This document shows positions 32,730-40,259 of a stretch of DNA of 42,644 bases, piece after piece (position 1 is the first letter of the stretch; each line of letters begins with the position of its first letter). Both the position numbers and the translations under genes were made by a program. This DNA comes from a virus, in IMG/VR virus record IMGVR_UViG_3300029586_000007, positions 1 through 42,644 of that record; one strand, 5' to 3'. Below the pieces are notes generated by a model. That model saw nothing but the letters and a program-made list of their open reading frames with translations, had not been told where the DNA came from and searched no databases.

Positions 32730-32776
32730 CATAACCACCCGCCCCGGAGGTAACGAGGGCAGAAAGGAAAACTAAC

Positions 32777-32887
32777 ATGACTAAGCTAATCGCCATTATT
32801 GCCGCCCTGCTGCAGATCGTACCGGCCACCCGCACCATATCCGGCGAGGTGTACCGCATCGACCACCCGAACCGCGTCAAAGAATAA
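32777..32887 (+). CDS. 36-aa peptide with hydrophobic N-terminus (uncertain)
   Basis: MTKLIAIIAALLQIVPATRTISGEVYRIDHPNRVKE. AAAGGAAA lies upstream. Confidence 0.4.
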   Translation: MTKLIAIIAALLQIVPATRTISGEVYRIDHPNRVKE

Positions 32888-32908
32888 AATACCTTGTTTC
32901 TCTATGAC

Positions 32909-32946
32909 AAACCCCGCTCACCAAAGCCATAATGTGAGCGGGGTTT
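32909..32946. terminator. 13-bp hairpin separating the plus-strand island from the noncoding locus
   Basis: AAACCCCGCTCAC 32909..32921 pairs with GTGAGCGGGGTTT 32934..32946. U-tracts are weak in both directions. Confidence 0.55.
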
Positions 32947-32950
32947 ACCA

Positions 32951-34056
32951 TTATACGACTGTTTCGGTTCCGCAGGACTTGCACCTGCTTTCAGCTCTAT
33001 GCAAACCGGTATACCTCCACAGGGAGGTATGAACGCTTTCGTTGCGCCTGAACGCCGGGCTTTTACCGGTGATCTCTCAGCTGTCCAGAACGGTTGTATG
33101 AAATCCAGAGAGGTATTACCTCACTTTCGCAAGTTTACTTGTGTTTCCGTCCTGATGATTAGGTTGTTTATTGCAAGAGATAAACAGGCTGGTGCTCTTT
33201 CGTGGCGTGTACTTAGCCACCCGAAAGCGCCGTATCGGCTTTGTAACTTTGTACCGGTTGTTTTGCTCTCGGCTCTCTAAGTCCGTGTGAGTGCTTATCC
33301 GGTAGCACTCGCCCTCTCGATATAGGCTGTTCGGCGTCTCTGTCCGTCGTGTCACGCGTCTCTATCGGTGCGTAATCCGGCTGATTCCCTTTTTAGTTAC
33401 AGCGGGGAGCGACCCCGGTCGCGGCGTGCCTGCAAGCACCCGCTGAACTCTGCAAAGCCGTTGCAGCAGCTTCACAGGCGTTCGGAAACAGATTGTCCGT
33501 CTTTCCGGACTGTCAGAATATTATCGTCCTCGTTGGAGGCGTTTTGCTCCCTCCGCCTCATGCAGTTTCGGGAGCAGATCGCCTTGCACGTCGTCCGCCA
33601 TGCAAGGCTTGCCAGAAGTCCGCCACATTGCCCTTGGCTAAAAAGGTTCTGTGCGTTACCCGTCCGGCCCCATGAAGCCATCCGGGCATGTTTGCGGTGG
33701 CTGTTGCCCGCAGACACCGCATTCCATTCTCATTGTAGCGTAAATGTTATTACTCCGTCACCCTCATGCAGGCTTTGGAGCATATCGGCGCGCCGCGCAA
33801 AAGACACGCCGAAAGAATAGAAAGGATAATCAATGCCTTCGTTCCGCGAAAGGCGTTTTGCTCCTCTGCCCTCATGCAGACTTTGGAGCAGGTAAGCGGC
33901 AGGTCTCCCCACCGCTTCAAGTAGATATTGGGGTTAAACAGAAAGGCTTGTCACCCGTCAGCCCTCACGCAGGCTTCCGGGCGTGTACCCGCCTTTCGGC
34001 GGGCTGAAAGCGGAGGAACGAAACTCCGTGATTCCGCCCTTTAGGGCTTTTATCAC
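32951..34056 (-). ncRNA. Candidate large (~1.1 kb) structured noncoding RNA with five repeated hairpin modules
   Basis: No protein-like ORF or RBS. An extended -10 promoter at 34063..34071 points into it. It is full of GC-rich hairpins. Modules lie at 33546..33575, 33659..33686, 33752..33781, 33859..33890 and 33952..33983, with covarying stems and G.U pairs only in the minus-strand reading. Confidence 0.55.
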
Positions 34057-34062
34057 GATATC

Positions 34063-34071
34063 ATTATACCA
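34063..34071 (-). promoter_or_regulatory. Extended -10 element TGGTATAAT facing the noncoding locus
   Basis: The same 9-mer serves as a promoter at 4349..4357 and 12287..12295. There is no good -35, which extended -10 promoters tolerate. Confidence 0.55.
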
Positions 34072-34110
34072 CCATGTTTAGTATTATTGTGTATTGTGTT
34101 TTCCACAACG

Positions 34111-34503
34111 TTATGCACAGCCTGTGCGTACCCGTTCCACCGCCTGTAAAGCTCTTACATGCATTTCGCCCTTCACATGGGATTCGCTGTAATTCTGGTT
34201 ACGCGCCACGTCCCTCCATTTGCATCCGTTTACATACCGGTCGGTTAGCAACGTCCTGAGTTCGTTGCTCGGAACTTTTGCGATCGTGCTGATAATCTCA
34301 GCCCGCACCAGATCAAGCCGCTCCTGCTCTCGTTTGATTTGATTGTTCAACTCAATGTACGCATCCGCCTTATTCGCAGTAACATCACCGCCACCGCCCG
34401 GCGTTTCCTTAATAGTCGCCGTTGCACTCGTCGCTCGTGTCCATGCTTTTACACGAGCGTTTTCCAACGACGCAATGTAGTTCTCGATTCCTACGGCACG
34501 CAA
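34111..34503 (-). CDS. Sigma-like late transcriptional regulator (ArpU/RinA/DUF1492-like)
   Basis: C-terminal sigma-70 region-4-like LRTLLTDRYVNGCKWRDVARNQNYSESHVKGEMHVRAL. TTG start with a weak SD. Confidence 0.75.
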   Translation of the reverse strand: MRAVGIENYIASLENARVKAWTRATSATATIKETPGGGGDVTANKADAYIELNNQIKREQERLDLVRAEIISTIAKVPSNELRTLLTDRYVNGCKWRDVARNQNYSESHVKGEMHVRALQAVERVRTGCA

Positions 34504-34513
34504 AAGCCATTCT

Positions 34514-34729
34514 TTAGTCGTCGTGTGCCACTACCTCCTCCATACCGTGCTGTGTATATCGCCTGCGGCGGCTGATTCTCGCCGCCTTGCGGACGCAACC
34601 CACACCCGGTTCACATCCACGCGATTTCCCCGTGTCGATCAAATAATGACACGCCCATAGCTTAGACCCTTGGCTCGTACCCAGTACTCGCCAGTATGCG
34701 CACCCAGCGCATTCGCTTTTCTTTTTCAT
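34514..34729 (-). CDS. Cys-rich zinc-finger-like small protein
   Basis: CAGCAYW...ACHY...GC.PGVGC. ATGA coupling. Confidence 0.7.
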   Translation of the reverse strand: MKKKSECAGCAYWRVLGTSQGSKLWACHYLIDTGKSRGCEPGVGCVRKAARISRRRRYTQHGMEEVVAHDD

Positions 34730-34929
34730 GCTAATGCTATTCCATTCTCCCGCAGTTCTTCAATCAGATCGTCGATTTTAACGTATTTTCGGGCGATACT
34801 GTCTGCGAGGTAGTTTGTTTCGTCCCATGTAGACGCAGCCGCCGTGTTCGTTGCGTCTCGTTTGGCTTTTTCTATGTCACCCTGCGTCGCCGGTATTCGG
34901 TATGGGTTGACTTTCTTTTTCTTCGCCAT
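34726..34929 (-). CDS. Hypothetical protein
   Basis: 67 aa, with GGAG upstream. Confidence 0.7.
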   Translation of the reverse strand: MAKKKKVNPYRIPATQGDIEKAKRDATNTAAASTWDETNYLADSIARKYVKIDDLIEELRENGIALA

Positions 34930-34995
34930 TTCCGTATCTCCAAAGCAAATAGCGATGGATTTCTTTCAGGTATTTTCGCATTTCCGGACTATACA

Positions 34996-35721
34996 TCATC
35001 CGTCCAGCCATCTGTTTTCCAGTGCACAGAAACCATATACCGTACCACCGGTCAGAGCAATCCATAATACACCGAACAAGATGATAGCAATATTTCCTTG
35101 TCTTATAGCAAGGTTTACAATCGCCTGTGGTTCTGCGTCCGTATAAAACCTGTTGTTGTCTGCAATCATATGATCTTTGATTTGCGTATGTATACTGCCA
35201 ACCATATTTGCGTCCACAGCTTCGTAATAATGCCGCACAAGCCTGCTGTCATAGATTGTATCGCCCTGTTGGTGCGCTGTAACGGAAAACTTATCCGCCG
35301 GGAACGATACGCCCATGAATGTAAATGTTTCTGTGCTTTCTTCCTTCCGGTCAATCTCGTCCCACGTCCAATACACCTCGGTGCGGCTGTGCGTATGTCC
35401 CTTTCCATCGGTATAGGTTACAACGCGCGTGTGCCGGGTGTATTGTTCTGTGATTTTGGTTAGGATTGCATATTTTCCGTCTAAATCGTCTGCCGAAACA
35501 GGCTGTTCCGCAACCAGTTTTCCGTAAGCAATCACATTTCCAAAGTCGGTATCCAACGCATACTTAAACTGCTGATCGTCTGTAATCTGCGTTGCTGTGG
35601 TAAACTTTTCGTTTTTCTCAGCAATATAGTCGTCAAGTTTGCTGCCGAACAGAAATCCCAGCGCTAACATCAAAAACACGATCGCAACGCTGAATGCCAC
35701 TTCACGAGGCTTAATTTCCAT
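34996..35721 (-). CDS. Membrane protein with N- and C-terminal TM segments (LemA partner)
   Basis: ATG 35721. VAFSVAIVFLMLALGFLFG at the N-terminus and IAIILFGVLWIALTGGTVYGF at the C-terminus. Overlaps the lemA stop. Confidence 0.75.
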   Translation of the reverse strand: MEIKPREVAFSVAIVFLMLALGFLFGSKLDDYIAEKNEKFTTATQITDDQQFKYALDTDFGNVIAYGKLVAEQPVSADDLDGKYAILTKITEQYTRHTRVVTYTDGKGHTHSRTEVYWTWDEIDRKEESTETFTFMGVSFPADKFSVTAHQQGDTIYDSRLVRHYYEAVDANMVGSIHTQIKDHMIADNNRFYTDAEPQAIVNLAIRQGNIAIILFGVLWIALTGGTVYGFCALENRWLDG

Positions 35722-36265
35722 CGCTGTCACCGAACAGGTTCTGCGGAGCATCTTCCGGTGCGTCGTAGTCCGCATAGGTCGTGTCGATTGCCTGATAGTT
35801 CATTACCCTCAGCAGAAAACCGGTTGGGAAAGACCTTACCAGTTTATTGTATGCCCGTACCTGCTGATTGTAGTTGTTGCGGTACTGTGCAATCTGGTTC
35901 TCAGTCAGCGCAAGCTCAGTCATGAGCTGCTTGTAATTTTCGTTTGCCTTGAGTTCCGGGTACTGCTCTGCAACGGCGTTCAACGCAACCTGCGCTTGTT
36001 CGACCTTGCCGGACGCGGCAGCAGTGCGAGCCTGCGTAATCTTTGTAAGTGTATCGCCCTCGTAATTCTGATAGGACTTTACTGCGTCCACCAGATTGTA
36101 AACGAGATCAACACGGCGTTTTTCCACCACCTGCACATCGGCTGCCGCCGAATTTACCTGTTCTTCTGCTGATACTGCGCGGTTATTAGCCGACACAAAT
36201 GCAGCAGCAATCATGAGTACCAGTGCTGCCACGATAGCCAGAACGATTAAAGCAATTTTCTTCAT
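35711..36265 (-). CDS. lemA: LemA family protein
   Basis: N-terminal TM then VEKRRVDLVYNLVDAVKSY...YPELKANENY..LM.EL..TEN.I...R..YN..V..YN LemA signature. ATG 36265 with GAGAGGAA RBS. Confidence 0.85.
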   Translation of the reverse strand: MKKIALIVLAIVAALVLMIAAAFVSANNRAVSAEEQVNSAAADVQVVEKRRVDLVYNLVDAVKSYQNYEGDTLTKITQARTAAASGKVEQAQVALNAVAEQYPELKANENYKQLMTELALTENQIAQYRNNYNQQVRAYNKLVRSFPTGFLLRVMNYQAIDTTYADYDAPEDAPQNLFGDSDGN

Positions 36266-36317
36266 TTCATTCCTCTCTTTCCAACATATCAAGATACTTT
36301 CTCGCCATCGCCGCCAC

Positions 36318-36578
36318 CTACACAGCTTCGCAAGCCGCTGCTTCGGCGTACTGCTCAACAAGTGCCACATGCTGCGCCGTCGGGATACCGTCACGGATAC
36401 GGTGCCAGAGCTGCTCCATTGCCATTTCGATACTGGCGCATTCTTCTTGCAGTTCCTCGGCTTCTTCTTGCATTACCGCCCAACCCTCGTGCTCCGAGTG
36501 AAACTGCGGAAAACGCTCATTTGCGCTTTCTAGTTCCTTTTCCACCAGCATCTTTACATCTTCACTTACTGCATTCAT
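36318..36578 (-). CDS. Hypothetical helical protein (MazG-like flavour, weak)
   Basis: FHSEHEGWAVMQEEAEEL motif. ATG 36578 with AAAGGAAG upstream. Confidence 0.65.
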   Translation of the reverse strand: MNAVSEDVKMLVEKELESANERFPQFHSEHEGWAVMQEEAEELQEECASIEMAMEQLWHRIRDGIPTAQHVALVEQYAEAAACEAV

Positions 36579-36591
36579 TATTTTCTTCCTT

Positions 36592-36957
36592 TCAAACACA
36601 AATCATCGGCGGGTGCGGAATCTCCGTATCTACCGGTTTCCATAGGTGCAGGCAGTACGGATAATTGTTGATGTACTCCGACTTAGGCGGGTGGAACTGC
36701 ATAACGCGCTCGTCCTCCCTGAAAAACATATCCTTAATCGCGCACATCTCGTCCCACGTCGGGCAGCACTTGCGTTGCGCAGAGCCGGGCGAAACGCTGA
36801 CGTGTTCCCAGCCCATGCCATTGCTTGCGATCACTCGGAACGACTTGCCGCCAACATACACCTTGAAAACACCGTTTCCGCTGTCGCCGGTGCAGCCGTA
36901 AAACTCGCGTTCTCTGTCTTTCAGCCGAAACTTGTCCAGCTTGTGCAGGTCAATCAT
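36592..36957 (-). CDS. Hypothetical protein
   Basis: 121 aa. RVIASNGMGWEHVSVS...CPTWDEMC block resembles a recurring uncharacterised phage family. Confidence 0.75.
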   Translation of the reverse strand: MIDLHKLDKFRLKDREREFYGCTGDSGNGVFKVYVGGKSFRVIASNGMGWEHVSVSPGSAQRKCCPTWDEMCAIKDMFFREDERVMQFHPPKSEYINNYPYCLHLWKPVDTEIPHPPMICV

Positions 36958-37117
36958 GGTGTTCCTCCAATCCGTAAACCTCGTTCATTGCCTTTGCCAA
37001 CCGCAAAGCCGCGGCGCACATAGCGTAAAAGTTTTTCATTGCATCGTAGTTCCCCATCGGTTGCATCGGGTTTTCTCTCCGCGATTCTGCCTCTGCAATA
37101 GCTTTATCAATCGTCAT
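36950..37117 (-). CDS. Small hypothetical protein
   Basis: ATG 37117 with GGAGGTGG 5 nt upstream. Confidence 0.55.
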   Translation of the reverse strand: MTIDKAIAEAESRRENPMQPMGNYDAMKNFYAMCAAALRLAKAMNEVYGLEEHHD

Positions 37118-37427
37118 TCTGTCCACCTCCATAATGTTCTACAATATACTGGTTCGCCGTGGTTTCCGGCGCGGTTTTCCATGCAATCAAGTTGGGTGAA
37201 TCAGCAATTAGCAAGAACGCGCCAAACATTAACGAAGTCACAGCCAGCAAACCCCACACGGTATCATCGCGGATAAAACCAAAAATCGTTGAAACGATTG
37301 CAAGGATTATCATAAACGCGCCAAACACGACAAACACAGTTGCCTTTGCCGTTCCCTGTGCCACAACCTCCTGCACCAGTGTTTCTGGCGCAACTCCCAT
37401 TTGGGCGGCGATTTCAGCAATGGTCAT
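37107..37427 (-). CDS. Membrane protein (2-3 TM)
   Basis: VFVVFGAFMIILAIVSTIFGF and GLLAVTSLMFGAFLLI. ATGA coupling. Confidence 0.7.
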   Translation of the reverse strand: MTIAEIAAQMGVAPETLVQEVVAQGTAKATVFVVFGAFMIILAIVSTIFGFIRDDTVWGLLAVTSLMFGAFLLIADSPNLIAWKTAPETTANQYIVEHYGGGQNDD

Positions 37428-37963
37428 TCTGTTACTCCCTCACATTCCGCCCCGCAAGCCGCATAGCCTGCAAGATCAATCCAACTGTCAGCCTTTCCGC
37501 CGCCTGCTGCAATGCGTGCAATCTTGAGCAGCGCCATCATCATGGCAACGTCGTTCGCGTCGATATACACACCGCCCGCCTCATCCACGCACGCGCGCCT
37601 GAGGTATGTTTCCCAAAGTTCCGCGATCGTCTCAAAATTATCCTCCGGCGTGCCGTAGTCCTGCTCGCGTTGTCCGCATACGCACTTCTCCGCCGCGTGC
37701 AGGATGTCCGCACGGGTCAGCCTGCGCTTTACGTCCTCGCCGTACTTCTCGACTACCTCGGCAATGTTTTGGGTGTCGTCAATCACTTCAAAGTCGAGTA
37801 AGTGCGCCACCTCCTCCGGATTTTCATTCGCGTATTCTTCGCAGCATTTCGTACCTCTCTTGCGATATAACACACAATTAAAGCAATACCGCCGTTTTTG
37901 GCAATGCTCACCGACCACCGACTCAATGCTGCCGTACACCTTGCCGTCTTTCTTAAACACCAT
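37424..37963 (-). CDS. DUF6378-like domain protein
   Basis: C-terminal GQREQDYGTPEDNF..IAELW..YL......DVAMMMALLKIARIA.G..K.DSWIDLAGYAAC block. ATG 37963 behind GGAGGTGCAGACA. Confidence 0.75.
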   Translation of the reverse strand: MVFKKDGKVYGSIESVVGEHCQKRRYCFNCVLYRKRGTKCCEEYANENPEEVAHLLDFEVIDDTQNIAEVVEKYGEDVKRRLTRADILHAAEKCVCGQREQDYGTPEDNFETIAELWETYLRRACVDEAGGVYIDANDVAMMMALLKIARIAAGGGKADSWIDLAGYAACGAECEGVTE

Positions 37964-38213
37964 TGTCTGCACCTCCGTCCTTTCTCTCGCCGTAGCTGCA
38001 AAAGTCGTCTTGCTGCATCACCTTCGCGCTTGACGAGCAAAGGGCAACTCCTGATGCAGCCGAAAAACTATTGATATATGCGTACTTGCAATCCTTGCAC
38101 CGTACCACCGGCACAGCATCTACTGTAGGAATCGCTCTCAAAATTTCAGCATCCATATATGCTTCATTCTGCTCCATCCAACGACTTGCAACGTCAGCAT
38201 CAATCAGCCGCAT
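37953..38213 (-). CDS. Cys-rich small protein, paralog of 38200..38553 C-terminal part
   Basis: ATG 38213 behind GGAGGTGCAGACA. IPTVDAVPVVRCKDCKY...DGGADNGV. Confidence 0.65.
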   Translation of the reverse strand: MRLIDADVASRWMEQNEAYMDAEILRAIPTVDAVPVVRCKDCKYAYINSFSAASGVALCSSSAKVMQQDDFCSYGERKDGGADNGV

Positions 38214-38553
38214 TGTCTGCACCTCCGTCCATCTTCGCGCCGCAGTTAGGACAGATAGGGTAAATACCCTTTTTGTTCCATTGATATTCTCTGTGCATTG
38301 CTTCCCCGTCACACTCTGAACAGTCACAACAATAATCACTGTTTTTCCAGTGCGGTCGAATCCACTTTCCATGCACCACCGGCGCAACGTCGGCGGTAGG
38401 GATTTTCTTCAATGTTCTCGCTGATTTCCATACAGCTTCATAAGCCGAGTGCGTCGAGGTTTTCCCTGCAATATCGGTTATAGCATCAAACGCCGCTTCA
38501 CGGTCAATGTATTCGACCGGATTTTTCCAATCATCAATAACCTTATTCCACAT
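38200..38553 (-). CDS. Cys-rich hypothetical protein
   Basis: IPTADVAPVVHGKW...CCDCSEC...CPNCGAKMDGGADNAAD. Confidence 0.7.
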   Translation of the reverse strand: MWNKVIDDWKNPVEYIDREAAFDAITDIAGKTSTHSAYEAVWKSARTLKKIPTADVAPVVHGKWIRPHWKNSDYCCDCSECDGEAMHREYQWNKKGIYPICPNCGAKMDGGADNAAD

Positions 38554-38809
38554 CGTTTTCCTCCAATTCGTCCTTGTTCTTTTCGTAAAAATCGTTGAAC
38601 ATTTTCACCATTTCGCAAAAATGCTCTTTGCAGAGGTAAATAGTGATGTATCCGATGGTGAAGTAAACTGCTGGTTCTTTAGAGTGGATATTTCCATCTT
38701 CTATGCACCACTGGCAGCATCCCTTAGTAATATCAATATGCTTTGGCGGCTCAGGAGGCTTGACTTCATGTGTCGGAATACCGAGAAATTTTCTAATCTG
38801 ATTCCACAT
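38543..38809 (-). CDS. Hypothetical protein
   Basis: 88 aa. Shares its start junction (MWN...) with 38200..38553. Confidence 0.7.
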   Translation of the reverse strand: MWNQIRKFLGIPTHEVKPPEPPKHIDITKGCCQWCIEDGNIHSKEPAVYFTIGYITIYLCKEHFCEMVKMFNDFYEKNKDELEENDVE

Positions 38810-39056
38810 CGTTTTCCTCCTTGATCGTCACGCGCAGTTCAACCGTTCGACCACCTTTGAGTTTCCATCGCCAGCCACCAGAAAATGTTTCGGGGCTATC
38901 ATAACCTCCGAGCAATTCCCAAACCAGGTAGTCGCGAACTGCTTCAATCGCTTCTTTGGTCACATCTGACTTGTTGCGCCATAAGTTTTTATTTTTCGGC
39001 TCAAGCGTTCCTGCATAAATACCGCAAAAGCCACAGCCAACATGATATTCAGCCAT
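38793..39056 (-). CDS. Hypothetical protein
   Basis: 87 aa, starting MAEYHVGCGFCGIYAG. Confidence 0.7.
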   Translation of the reverse strand: MAEYHVGCGFCGIYAGTLEPKNKNLWRNKSDVTKEAIEAVRDYLVWELLGGYDSPETFSGGWRWKLKGGRTVELRVTIKEENDVESD

Positions 39057-39270
39057 TCCTATCCCTCCCTAATTTCAATTCTCCTAACTCTCGGCAAATC
39101 TCGTCTCTCAGCTTCATTGCTTTCCTTTTGGAAACATCAACCGAGCATCCTACGCCGTGCAGAATATACCGATTGCAATACTTGCACTTTTTCAGCCAGC
39201 ACTCATCAACCGCCGGTATAATGCTTTCTCCGCTTGGCTCGTGGATGCCGTACCAGCACTTTAGCCGCAT
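39049..39270 (-). CDS. Cys-rich hypothetical protein
   Basis: 73 aa, containing ECWLKKCKYCNRY. Confidence 0.65.
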   Translation of the reverse strand: MRLKCWYGIHEPSGESIIPAVDECWLKKCKYCNRYILHGVGCSVDVSKRKAMKLRDEICRELGELKLGRDRNG

Positions 39271-39444
39271 TCATCTTCCTCCCATTTCTCGCACGTCTCA
39301 TCCTCCAACCGGAAATCTGCCCGGTGCTCGCTGTCGCCGTTGCAGCACACTCCGCAAAACAGCTCGTACCACTTGCAATTTCCGCAAGTTAAGGCTAACT
39401 TTACCTCCACAAAACGGGCAGGGCTTCAATTTGATTTCGCACAT
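39261..39444 (-). pseudogene. Lar-like zinc-ribbon gene split over two reading frames
   Basis: Frame a (39298..39444) reads MCEIKLKPCPFCGGKVSL and then Arg-rich nonsense. Frame b (39261..39410) reads ...TCGNCKWYELFCGVCCNGDSEHRADFRLEDETCEKWEEDECG. Confidence 0.35.
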
Positions 39445-39447
39445 TTT

Positions 39448-40134
39448 TCATCCCTCCATTTCTTTTCGCAGTGAATCCTTGATGTAGTAGTCAAGCCAAA
39501 GCCGCTGGCAGAGCTGTTCCACATCCCGCCCGAACTGCTTCCAGTCGATATTGCTCGGATGGTAGTTCAGTTTCCCGATTTTTACCTTGTCGATAATATC
39601 GTGGCATTCCGAAAGCATTTCTATAACCCCATGAGGGTTCAACACCGGCTCACAGGAAACCCATGTGCTGATACCGCATTGTTTCGCAGAGTAGAGGTCA
39701 ATCAGCCGATCAGATGGGGCATATGGGCCAATATCGGAGCCATCGTAGGTGATTCCGTACCAGTCATTTTTGTCCAGCAGGTCAAAGTCCCGGCTCCCAT
39801 CACCCTTTGTGAGAATCTGAACATGGTTCCCGCTCTCTTTGATGACTTTGATGACGGCCCTAGTGGTGGAAGTGTCGTATCCAGTGGGGTACGGGTCACA
39901 GACGAAGCAGAGGTGGATAAGCTGTCCCTTGACCTGCTCTTTCTCCAGCTGCCGCTTCAGCGCCTCCACCAGCCCAGGGCGGGGTGCTACGATGGCGTGA
40001 AAGGTCTCACGATCCCGGTGCAGCACATTCGGTGCGAAACAGTAGTAGCACCTGTGGGGACAGCCGGTGTAGATATTGACGGCGTAATCGCCGTATTCCT
40101 TGGCTTTTCCTTTCGGAATATACAAAGGTTTCAT
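39448..40134 (-). CDS. Radical SAM protein (SplB/COG1533-like cluster motif)
   Basis: NIYTGCPHRCYYCFAP CxxxCxxC motif. ATG 40134 with AAGGAGAG RBS. Confidence 0.85.
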   Translation of the reverse strand: MKPLYIPKGKAKEYGDYAVNIYTGCPHRCYYCFAPNVLHRDRETFHAIVAPRPGLVEALKRQLEKEQVKGQLIHLCFVCDPYPTGYDTSTTRAVIKVIKESGNHVQILTKGDGSRDFDLLDKNDWYGITYDGSDIGPYAPSDRLIDLYSAKQCGISTWVSCEPVLNPHGVIEMLSECHDIIDKVKIGKLNYHPSNIDWKQFGRDVEQLCQRLWLDYYIKDSLRKEMEG

Positions 40135-40259
40135 GTTTTTACTCTCCTTCCCGCCCGGAACGCCTTGCATACAATCTGCGATTTCTCGCAGGCAATTAGA
40201 ACTTTCATCGTCTGCACCTCATTCTTCGGTGCAGCGTTCAAAACTGCTTTCTCAACCAT

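Noticed and set aside
33541-33984. The repeated ~35-nt units starting GTTTTGCTCC... looked like a CRISPR array or phage-borne repeat mimic.
   Set aside because: Spacing is irregular at about 90-115 nt rather than 30-40 nt spacers. Copies are strongly diverged with compensatory stem changes. No Cas genes or leader are present. A structured-RNA module explains them better, although a match to a host CRISPR repeat should still be checked.
32999-34007. Track ORFs 32999..33280, 33116..33355, 33368..33820, 33472..33717, 33730..33912 and 33744..34007 as possible genes.
   Set aside because: None has an SD-like sequence at the right distance. They overlap each other on both strands. Their translations are Arg/Cys/Pro/His-rich strings typical of GC-rich noncoding sequence.
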